Part shown: positions 25,601-40,196 of the stretch, piece by piece
Position numbering within the stretch: the first letter of the stretch is position 1
Layout of the letters: every line of letters starts with the position of its first letter
From: Tubulanus polymorphus
Lineage: Eukaryota; Animalia; Nemertea
DNA: 64,000 nucleotides
Direction: 5' to 3'
Assembly: GCF_964204645.1 (NCBI RefSeq)
Contig: NC_134030.1
Coordinates: 6,242,778-6,306,777 of the forward strand
Notes under the pieces: generated by a model
What the model saw: only the letters and a program-made list of their open reading frames with translations
Database searches by the model: none
Told to the model about the DNA's origin: nothing
Translations under genes and position numbers: made by a program

Positions 25601-27979
25601 GTCCATATTTTCAGAATTTTACCAGTAAATCAGTAATGCAAGCTCTGGGTAGCTGTATGACCAACAAATATTCAGAAGGATATCCCGGGGCCAGGTATTT
25701 GGTGAAATCTTTCTTTATTTAAACCAACCCCACTTATTCCAGAATGAATTTCTACATTATGGAATGTGTCTGTATTCTATGTAGGTACTACGGTGGTAAT
25801 GAAATCATTGATAAAGTCGAAGTACTTTGCCAGAAACGAGCTCTAGAAACCTTCAAGTTAGATCCGGAGAAATGGGGTGTGAACGTGCAGCCGTATTCCG
25901 GTAGTCCCGCTAATTTCGCTGCGTACACAGCTTTGTTAAACCCACATGATCGAATAATGGGACTCGATTTACCAGATGGAGGACAGTAAGTTTATATTGA
26001 ATCCACCTCAGCTCGCTACCAAGACTAAAGTTAGAGTTTCAGAAAGACCTTGATTCTTTATACCTATCCTAAGCGATTTGTACTGAATTTATGATTTCAG
26101 TTTAACCCATGGATTTAGCACGGACACGAAAAGAATCTCGGCAACTTCCATTTACTTTGAGTCGATGCCTTATAGATTAAATGTAAGCAATGAGGTTTTT
26201 TCGAATTTTACATAAAACTTAACAGTGAAATATATAATAATCTTCCGTAAGTAGGGAAGATTTCAGTGGTGTTGAAAATGTTTTCTCTAATAATTTCAGC
26301 CTGAAACTGGTTACATAGATTATGATAAACTACACGAAACTGCTAAACTATTCCGACCTAAACTAATCATTGCCGGTACAAGTGCCTATTCTCGTCTGTT
26401 GGATTACAAACGTTATAGGGAGGTCAGTATAGCCAAACTGTCTATTTTCAATCTTCAATCGTCACTTCCCCTTTCTGGCAATATTCTATTGGCTCTTTAG
26501 GTATGCGATGACGTAAAAGCTATCCTGTTAGCAGATATGGCTCATATATCTGGTTTAGTAGCCGCTCATGTTGTTCCTAGTCCTTTCGAATACGCCGACA
26601 TTGTAACAACTACTACTCATAAATCGCTACGAGGACCCAGGTATGAATAGAATATCATTACTTATAGTAAACCTGGCCTTACTCGGACATGCCAACTCAG
26701 ACATTCGATTAATTCGGAGAAAAACAAAATCATGTTTCTCATTTCCTAACTTATCTTTCCTATCATTAACGCGCACTTAACTCGGACCAATTTTGCTGGT
26801 CTTAATTTACTGTATAAATTGAAGACTTTTCACAGTTATAGGAGTTATGGACATTAGTTTGGGACTTTCTGACACGGATGTTTTCGTGTTTGTAATTTGC
26901 AGGGCAGGAATGATTTTCTTCAGAAAAGGAGTGAAATCCGTCAATGCAAAGACCGGTAAAGAGATTATGTATGATTACGAGAGAAGGGTAAATGGAGCAG
27001 TGTTCCCCTCGTTACAAGGTGGACCTCATAATGCACAGATCGCCGCTTTGTGTGTTGCTTTCCAACAGGTATGAAACTGAAACCCAGTTTCAGACAGTTG
27101 AAATTGATTCTAAATTTAAGTCTAACATAGAAGTAATAACAAATGTCTGTGTTAATTGAAATTCTTGATTATTAGAAGAGGGCATTAGATGACAGGGTTC
27201 ATAACTGCCATTGAAAGTCCTTAAATGAGATTGGGTCATCTCAACTCCAATGAAAACAATACTTCTGGACAATGCAAATAATGATTAAAGAGGTATTTTA
27301 CGTCTTTGTAGGCGATGCGACCAGCATTCCGCGAATATCAGGAACAAGTTTTGAAGAACGCGAAGGCCATGTCTAATGCTTTGATCGAGAGAGGATACCA
27401 AGTAGCTTCGGGCGGAACCGATACTCATTTAGTGTTGTTAGATTTACGCCCGAAAGGAATCGACGGAGCTCGCGTCGAACGAGTTTGTGAACTCAGCGAA
27501 ATAACCGTCAATAAGAATACAGTTCCCGGTGATAAATCAGCACTCGTTCCCAGCGGACTTCGATTAGGTAAATTTCATTCACAGTTCAGAGTTATCTTTT
27601 CTCATTTACTACTTATTACAGAATCATTATGTTCGCGTAAATTGTATATTTTCAATAGGAGCTCCGGCTTTGACGTCCAGAGACTTTAAAGAATCCGATT
27701 TTGTTAAAGTAGCTCATTTTATTGATGAAGCAGTGAAGATATCAGTTGAAGCTAAACCCAAAGCAGGTAAACTTAAAAATCCCTATCGTATGCGAATATC
27801 AACTGTAATTCCATATCGTTAGATGCAAAATTATACCATTTACATTTTCAGGTAAAACTGTGAAAGATTTTAAAAATTTTGTTGATACGGACGCTGAAAC
27901 TCAGAAAAAGATCGCAGAACTGAGACACGAAGTTGAATCGTTCGCTCGAAAGTTCCCAATGCCAGGAGGCCCTCTTTAA
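22662..27979 (+). CDS. SHMT2: Serine hydroxymethyltransferase, mitochondrial, 11 exons
   Basis: Exons 22662-22697, 25241-25393, 25615-25694, 25785-25985, 26101-26182, 26300-26422, 26501-26640, 26903-27068, 27312-27567, 27659-27766, 27852-27979. Motifs [27 protein letters not shown]-lysine [22 protein letters not shown]. The Arg-rich, acid-free N-terminus [16 protein letters not shown] suggests a mitochondrial presequence. Confidence 0.95.
22974..24021. mobile_element. Non-autonomous DNA element with TTAA TSD (Kolobok/Sola-like ends), host of a nested insertion
   Basis: TTAA|GGGGTTGCATT ... AATGGAACCTC|TTAA imperfect TIRs in SHMT intron 1. Confidence 0.55.
23038..23727. mobile_element. 690-bp non-autonomous DNA transposon with CCCGGG termini and 8-bp TSD
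   Basis: TIRs CCCGGGCGGACCGCTTCCTTCAAC / GCTGAAGGAAGTGGTCCGCCCGGG; exact TSD GACCCTCT at 23030-23037 and 23728-23735. Confidence 0.9.
26665..26812. mobile_element. Tc1/mariner(pogo)-type MITE remnant
   Basis: TA|TAGTAAA ... TTTACTG|TA ends with internal ACTCGGAC repeats; resembles the 58847-59370 element. Confidence 0.5.
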
Positions 27980-28534
27980 AGAACTGAGACATTCAATCGC
28001 ATGGTCTGATCACAACATTTTGACAGTATTACGATTTTAATATCGTTTGGAATACAATTTGCAATAATTATATTTGCCAGTGTACAGTACCAGTATTACA
28101 TGATGTATATGTATGTGTACGAGTTGTGAATAGTCCTCTATAACCTGTGCTACTTAAACCCTGTTACGAATGTTTTAAAATTCTACATTTTGTACATGGC
28201 AATGTATGGAATAAATCATTATCCTGAAATATTTTTTAGTGTTGTGGCAATCATCTATGGAATAAATTGTTATTATCCTGAAATATTCTATAGTCGCTCG
28301 CTTTAAGAGTTTGAAGGCTTTTCACGCTGAGGAAACAGGATGTGACGGCTACCTCTAATATAACAAAAAAGTTTTCAGATTTTAATAACAAGATTCTCCA
28401 ATTTATTTATTCATTTAGCTACAAAAACTAAGCAAGATTAGATTAACAGCAGAAGATTTAAACACATGATACATATTGAATCCAATATACAGCATTCCCT
28501 GTGATTGAAGGCGTCGCCTTTGTAATTTCCACAA

Positions 28535-29521
28535 CTATGATTTGTTCGGCTTCGTGAGCAACACTTGAGGAAACCATTCCGGTCTCTTTTTCTCCATTTC
28601 TACGATAAATTTTTCTTGATGCCGAGCGATATTATCTTTATTTTCGTCTTTATATAAAAATTTTAGTTCTGATGTTGGAGCTTGGAATCTAGAAAATGAA
28701 GACAAAATGCATGACCGACTACAAATTTGCAAAAGTAATTTGAGGACAGTTTATATGAAGATTCTGAGCACACTCACTTTAAAGTATCTACCCCTAAGGC
28801 TTCCTGCATTGCCTGCGTTTCTTTCTTCACTTTCTCGTAACAATGACCTAAATAAGATAATTGAAAGCGCACTAGAATTCCTGAAGAAACTTCTAAACAG
28901 TAAACTCTGAATCTGACTGGATTACTTCAGGTAATTTTCTTACCACAAATAGTGTGTTTTTCATGATAATTTCCACAGTCCAAACAAGCGACAATGTGTT
29001 TTTTCGGTTGATGATCTTCCATTCGTCCACCTCCCCACGCATGTTTCCGCGCTGATCTTCGTTCTACAGTTCGTCTGTGTTTTGGTACTGCGTAGAAGAT
29101 ACCGTTACCGAGAATAGACTCCAGCAATGACTGACCTGAATTACTAGCTCCATCTGACTGTGGTAGAGCCCCAGCTGGCGAATTTATTGCAAACGCAGCA
29201 CCATATCCTGGAATCAAAAATAACAGCAATAATAGAAACGGGCCATCAATCATAGCCCGCAAGATTAAAATTAACCATCTCGTGCTGCCACCTAGGCTCC
29301 ACACTACATATGAAATTGAATATTCCTGAAAATATTTTTTCTAGGGTTTATTCCTGATGAATTGTACACGGAATTGCAATAACGACTAATCATTCCTCAT
29401 CTATTTAATCAAAATAATGTAATTATCTACCTGGATGCGGGAAAAGACTAATGTAATTGACGATTTTTGCCTCTAAACGCAGAAAATAGTCACCGAGCCG
29501 GGAGATCATGGAGGCAGCCAT
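28535..29521 (-). CDS. MRPL32: Mitochondrial ribosomal protein bL32m, 4 exons
   Basis: Exons 29521-29431, 29207-28944, 28847-28778, 28688-28535. Long presequence, then AVPKHRRTVERR, zinc motif CLDCGNYHEKHTICGHCYEKVKKET, and C-terminal RPEWF. Confidence 0.93.
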
Positions 29522-29638
29522 CTTGGATTAGATGTCTCGGGGATTTTTATTGGTTGAAAATCTGTCAGATTCGATCAATTGGCCAATCGGCGTGCTCGAG
29601 AGAAAAATCGTCATTTGGGCTTCAAATCTTGGCTAGTC
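29522..29638. promoter_or_regulatory. Bidirectional promoter MRPL32/PSMA2
   Basis: 117 bp between divergent ATGs. CCAAT boxes ATTGG (~29549) and CAATTGGCCAATC (29576-29588); YY1-like CAAGATGGC overlapping the MRPL32 start. Confidence 0.8.
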
Positions 29639-33038
<3,400 letters not shown>

Positions 33039-33484
33039 TGATTTGTGTTTTCTGGATATCAATATAAAGTCGAATGTTTCAGATAGGGACTCAAAACAGC
33101 ACCGATTCATTGCATATAGCTGTATGGAGTGATGCTTGCCAAGTCGAGGATTATTGTATTGCGTGCTGAGGATTTTGTTGATACATTGATGTATTCAATT
33201 TGTACAAAAATGAATAAACGTAATATTAACAATATTGAATCATGTGGTTGTTGGCTTCTTTTGTGTATTTGTATCTTGCCGCAAACTTCGTTCGGATCTG
33301 CTAGCATTTAAGTGGTAGGTATACTAAACCTTCCATAAATTCCTCGACATTAAATACTTATTTAGGGGATTTCATGCATAGGGCCTACATTTTTCATGAA
33401 ATTGATACCCGGCCCGCAATGACAATCGTTGCCTCCTCTCCGTCTGGTGCTGCCACCACGAACTTTTTGGCGAACTATTCAAAG

Positions 33485-36400
33485 ATGGCTGGGAACCGCA
33501 GGAAAAGTCAAGTACAAATACAACAAGTTTGTGAAGATAGTTTACACGGATTGCACCCAATAAAACCTGATAAGGAGGCAAACGATGAAATAGACGGAGA
33601 TATGGTTATACCGGCTAAACGAGTTCGTCAATTGAGGGAAAGAAAACCAAGATTAGAAGGTTTGTTTCTTAAAAAACAATTCACTTCCGGGTTCTCGGTT
33701 TCGATCTATTTCTGTCATTCATTGTGATATGATGGTCTGTAAGTGTAATGCCATTGTGATTGGTTTACCATTAATATTTTTTAAGGTGAAGAAAGCCCAT
33801 ACTTTGAGGGCAAGAAAACTAAACTCAAGAAAACACCAGGTACAGCGGAAAAGAAGAAAAATACACCGGGTACAGCTGGAAAGAAGAATACACCAGGTAC
33901 AGCCGGAAAGAAAAAGAAACGCCCGCCTCCTGGGGCTGAGCAGAGTCAGGGTGATCATGCGCAGCAAGGTCAAGGAGATCATGTCCAGTCTGAGCACGGT
34001 CAAGGTGACCATGTCAATCCTATCGAATGCATTGTTTCTGATTCTGAAGATGACAATGATCAGATCAAACCATCACAAGGTACCGTATTGAAGAAAAACA
34101 AGATTCCGTGTCAATTCTAGCTGGTATCCTGTCTAACATGATAGCATGAATATTTCTGCTTCAGAACTTTTGGAAATGGATGAGCATGGTCTGAGTGGAG
34201 CTAGCGTTTTTGCATTTATGTCAATTAAAAGATCTGGGCGAATGGCATTGAAAGGTTAGTTCAAAAATTCATTTTTGCTGAAGTATTTCTAATAAAGTCG
34301 ATATTATTAATCAAGCACTTATTATGCCATTACTTATAGCATCGGAATCTGTTCAGAACTCTCCTCGGACGCCTGTTAACATGCCGAAATCCAAATCATC
34401 TAGATCTACGTCTGCTAAAACAACCGTAAATAAGGCAGCGAGAGAGACTCCAAATTATACCGTGAAAAAAGCCGTTTCAGACAACGCTCCAAAATCAACT
34501 CGAAATTCAGTGAACACGAGATCAGCCGCTTCTACGCGTAAAACAAAAATCTCATCTCCACAATCCTCAAAATCTACACCTAAAAGAGTTTCAAAATTAG
34601 TCATGAAGAAAGGTAGGTATTAAACTCGAATGAATTTGATGCTGGCTATTTTCATTTTCTGCTACCCCGCTATCTATTTTCTGTTTTGTCAAATCATTTC
34701 TAGATGCTGACAATAGCCTTTGGAAAGGTGAGTAGTGGCTTTTTCCCAATATTTCAGCTAATTCTGGTGGAAAGTATTTAAACTAGGGACTGATGGCAAT
34801 TGTCTTTTCAAATTTCAGTCTTGTTCGATGAGGCCGACAGTAATAATAATAATTCCCCGAATAAATCTTTCGGTTCTGAGTTACTATCACCAGGAACCGG
34901 GACGTCACCTCGATCTGGGGGTCTGCGCCGAGAAACCAATAAACCGTTAAGATATACCCCACCACTCGATGAAACGAAGAAAACTCCTCAAACGACGCAC
35001 GAAGAACCGGAGTCGACTCCGCTCCACGGTAAAAACTCTTCCTCAAAAAAGTGCGTATCAAATAAGAAATCAAAGTCGGATCAGTTAAACAATGGAAGTA
35101 CACCGGTAGAGACTACCGTGACACCTCGGCGTACAAAGGGACGTCCGAGGAAAAGTATCCTCGCATCAGCAACACCGAAGAACGTGAAGATTTCCTCCGA
35201 GTCAATGACACCTAGTAGCAACTTGGCGCCGAAAAACAACAGACTGCAATCGTTACGTAGAGGATATAAACGTCCAGAAGACACAACTCCTTACAAACTG
35301 AGGAAACGAGCTATGACTGGTATGTACAACACTCAGTGTACTGGGTTTACCCCTGGGATCTTTCTAATTGAATATGCCCTAGGATGTGTGACTATCCGGA
35401 GGGCAATTATCTTAGATTCTAGTTTATGTGTCCATGAATCGAGGGAAATGTACCAAGCACGTATATTTGCATGCTGTTTGTATTTGATTATCATTTTAAA
35501 ACATGTGGTGCACCTGGTAATGTGATAAACAATAGACGTCATACCTCCTGCAGTTTTCGGTGACATTATCGCAAGTATCAGAAATGTTCTCTTGCTCTAT
35601 TTGATAGTTGTATTATCTCATTTGAAATGCCAAATTTGATAATTCTATGACTTACGTTTCCCTCAAAATTGATCTGTGCTGTATTGTAAAAAATGCTTAG
35701 AGATACTCTCAGCGTGAAAATGAATCACAAAGGCGACTGATAGGTTGGTATCGGGGGTCATATACGACTTCTGGTATGGCAGCGAATGTGTTGAAACCAG
35801 TGTAGATACAAATCATGATCAATCACAGTTGAATTTTAGAGCGTTCAAATCATTATAACTGTAGATGTAATCGATGAGATCATTTCTGATGAATCCGAGT
35901 ATGCAGAATCTGAGGAGAGTGAGGAGGAAAGTAGCGAAGATGAAGTTGAAGAGGAAAAGAGTGATGATGAAGAGGAAGAAGAAGATGAAACTAAACGATC
36001 TCCGATTAAACCGATTCGTATCAGACACAGGAAACAAGCCGCTATGGTATGTACCGAATCTAACCTAGGACTCGAGGATGCTTCTTTTAATTCAAACTAC
36101 TCACCAAGTAACCTTAATCCTGAGCTACTTCGAATACTAGATTATCAGGGCAATAGCGGATTATAGGCATTGTATGTGGAAGACCCACAAAAATGTATCG
36201 ATTTGATTACGAAATAAGTTACACTGATGTGGTGAATTCATGTTTCAAACAAATCTTTGGATGCGTAGAAGTATTCTACCCGAAACATGATTAAACTACT
36301 TTTCGTTATTAAGATCTTCAACATTGTGGGTCTTTCATGATGTATGCGACTAGTAAAATTTGATTTAACAAAATTGATCGGCTTGTTGAATATTAGGCAA

Positions 36401-38709
36401 GCCCGCATTCCAGAGTTTATAGTGTGGTTAGGTAATTGTAGTGCTATTCTATTTTGCAGCCGGATGAGAATGCCGAGGATTATTTTCTAATGAGTTCGGA
36501 CAACTTGCAGACGTCCGATCGAACGTTGTCTCGTCTGGAGAATCCGATGATGAACGAGGAAATGTTGTCGATCGAATTGATGAAAGTTTCCGTCGGTTAC
36601 GAAACCGAACGTCAAATCCTAATGAACGAATACAGACAGAAATTCTCGAAATGGATATATCAATTGTGGTGAGTTGGATTTATGATAGGTGTAATGTTTC
36701 TAGTTGATAGTCAATGTTGGGTATATTACCACATGTTATATTAGTAGGTTCGATGTTTTGCTTTACTATGAAAGTTTTTCATTCAAGCAATGGATTCAAT
36801 CTGTTATTTCACGGAGTCGGGTCGAAGCGTAATTTACTGGAACGATTTCGGGCGGACGTTATACGCGAATATACGCATCTAGTCATTAATGGATATTTCC
36901 CCAGTTTAACCATTAAACATGTAAGTTCCCATCAATCACTTAATTTTGTTGTTTGATGAAGAAAAACCCAAAATATGTAATGAAAAATTTGTAAAGTAGT
37001 GACGTTTCAACTAGATTGCTATGCCTCATTTTTCAAAACTGTTTCTAACAATTGAGCGTACTCTACTTCAATATCGCGGGTTTATTCTTCAATTGAATTA
37101 TAGAGATTCACTGCTTAATTAAAGAAATATAATTTCGTGGAGTTTTTCGTATTTCTAGATACTGAATAGTATAACGGAAGATTTGCTCGACCAAAATCCG
37201 ACTGTGTTTAATAATCCTATCGACCACGTAGAATTCATACGAGATTATTACAGTGCAAAAGGTAAGAGCCAGGATTCTCAACTTCAACAGCTAAATAATG
37301 AATACTCTGTTATGCTGATTTAAGAGTTACCGTAAGCGTTTTGTAGGAACAGTCAGTGTTGAAACGTTAAAGATCTGAACATTTGAATTTTCATCAGGTT
37401 TATTCACATTCGATGGTAAAAACATTCAATTTCAGATTTCGACGGAGATCGTCAGGATTTATTTCTTGTGATTCACAACATCGACGGTCCGATGTTACGC
37501 GCCGAGAAAGTACAGTCCGTTCTGAGTTTATTGGCTCTTATACCGAATATACACATAATAGCTTCGATAGATCATATCAATGCACCGCTCAGTAAGTTCC
37601 TTGTTATTTCGAGTTTAGTTTTAAGTTTAATATTTATTTTGCGAGTGCAACTAATTTGAATCATGAACGTGTTTCCTTCAGTTTGGGACCAGAATAAATG
37701 TTCGCGTTTTCGCTGGTTATGGAATGACGCGACGACCTATGAACCGTACACCGAGGAGACTTCATACGAAAACTCATTACTCGTACAACAATCAGGATCG
37801 TTAGCGTTGAGTTCATTAACTCATGTGATGAAGAGTTTAACGCCGAATGCTAAACAAATATTCTACCTGCTAGTTAAATATCAACTAGAACATGAACAGT
37901 CTTCACATTATTCGGGTACGATTCATCGGTTTATGATCAATTTATGTGTATTTTGCTAATTATCGTTTTATTTACTCTGGTACTTTATCAGTTAACACAA
38001 AGACCGATAGTACTTAGTAGGTAAACTTGATTTTATCAAAAATATGAGCTTTCGCTACGGTTGCTTCATCAGGGATTGGGCGTTTACCGTTTTGAAAATC
38101 AATGGATAGAAATTGAGCCTGATGGTGGCCAAATGGCTTTACTGATTTGTTTGTATTTCATAAGGTCAGACTGTAGTGATGGTCTGCTTCCTTTTATAAT
38201 ACACCAGACACAAGTCCTTGAATATGCTGGTCATGTTTCTCTTTAATTCCATGACTTTTTCCTCCGTGTCGGTTCACTCAGCTTGTACCGGTATATCAAA
38301 TGAAATCAAGTTAACCCACAAAGTACTACCAGTTTTCACGTTGATTAGATTGACATAGCGTTAACACGGATCCTCTACAAGTAGTCGGGTTTATAATTGC
38401 AGGCATGTCCTTCCAAGATTTGTATCAACGATGTCGCGAAGCTTTCCTCGTCAATTCTGATCTGACGTTGAGAGCGCAACTCACCGAATTCAGGGATCAT
38501 AAACTCATCAAATTCAAAAAGGTAAGGATAGCGGTCTTAACCAAGTTAAATGTGCGAGAATTTAAGCCAGTTATCAAAAGTATCTTGTATGCAATAATGT
38601 ATTAACATTTCAGGGTCACGATGGTATGGAATATTTGACTGTACCACTAGAGGCAAGCATGCTTAAAGAATTCTTAGAGCAACAAGATGATCACGATGAT
38701 CAACTATGA
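33485..38709 (+). CDS. ORC2: Origin recognition complex subunit 2 with long low-complexity N-terminus, ~14 exons
   Basis: Exons approx. 33485-33659, 33787-34079, 34165-34254, 34340-34612, 34704-34727, 34819-35319, 35865-36046, 36460-36668, 36788-36920, 37159-37261, 37436-37591, 37682-37915, 38403-38521, 38614-38709. Core motifs [74 protein letters not shown]-terminal exons are less certain than the core. Confidence 0.92.
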
Positions 38710-40196
38710 TAATCAGTATCTATTGATGACGTGACGCAGACTCTTATTTATTAACCCTTCAGTTCAACCTTTGATGTTTTCTAAATCTCTGTACATATAA
38801 TGTGTATTATTGCAAATAAAACTGTGTGAATATCTTTCAAATCTCGAATTCTGGTTATGTCTCTGTTGGGAGTAAGGTGAATTAATGGATGCATCGATCC
38901 GAAACCTATGTTACTGTCATCCAGGTTGCAGTTATCAGTGTGGACCATCCTTGTTGATGACATCCACATGATGATTAAATCTCTTAATAGATAGAATTAA
39001 GAGTGGTGTGACAACTATTTCGATGACGATTTTCAGGGGAATTTGTGAGACCTGCACAATCCTATCAAGTTTTTCTGAGTGTCCTTTTTCATTTTGTCAA
39101 CAAAGATAATTGGTGCATTTCAGTCCTGCAGGAGTTAATATTTCTTTTTTGGACATCAAAGAGTGCCCTTTTTGGACTTGACAAGATCTTCAAGAATGAC
39201 CTCTGGATCCTACCCTGGACTTAAGTTTGTAGTTCCACAACCTCAAGTGGAAGGAAGTGTTGGATACCAACTTCAACTGCTGTACAAACCATAATCATAC
39301 ATCCTGATCCAGCTTGTTAGAGACAATAAATTCAAAATGGCCGATTACTTCATCATGTATACATATATTAAATCTTTATTCTATTTCTGAATCCTTCTCA
39401 GTCATGGGAGCATAAAGTTTGATCATTTTTCATGGATTCAAGATTTTCATCTTTTACCCCAAACATAATCTTCATATTCAGATTTGATGATTGTTGAACC
39501 TTTTCCGTGTTGAACACATTATTTAAGTATCAAGTACCAAACATTTACAGTCATTTCGATAACCGTAATATTCTAAGACCACTTTAATCCCCCTCTTAAG
39601 CGGGATTTAAGGCAAAGCTTCACAAATGGCAGATAATATTCTATCACATTACATGTGGGCCTTTTATATGCGTACATTCATGCTACTATCACAGAAAAAT
39701 ACAAAATAATAAAATTCTACATATAAAATATAATCAAATAGAACCGAATCTAGGTTTGTGTTTTTAGTACCAGTATATATTCCCTGTCAAAGCCTGGAGA
39801 GAAATGAATGTAACAAAAACGTGAATGATTCTAAATGCACTGTACTTTTAAAAAGAAGACGTCTTTCCTTTCACGCATTCTCATAGTTTTAATATAGAGC
39901 TGCGTTGATGTGGCTGTCTCAGTCATCAGCTTCACAATAATTCCTTACTATAATTCACAAGTTATTGTAAACTACGGAATGTACTCTGAACAAAACCACA
40001 AAACATGACAAGAAAACAATGAATATTCACATGTCTTCAGTAGATTTCCTACGACCTCCGATTTAAAATCCGGCAATATTGGCATCACTCGAAAAATCAA
40101 AGTTTTTATAAGTGTTTAAAAGATTCGACCCACTCGACTTCAAAATGGAAGCTAAGTCTCCATGTCATTCGATAAGCTTCACAAAGCTCTCTGTCA

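Noticed and set aside
33374-33484. Upstream in-frame extension of ORC2 from ATG 33374
   Set aside because: ATG 33485 has the AAGATGGC context seen at other starts, and the upstream stretch is probably promoter just past the PSMA2 poly(A) signals; not excluded without transcript data.
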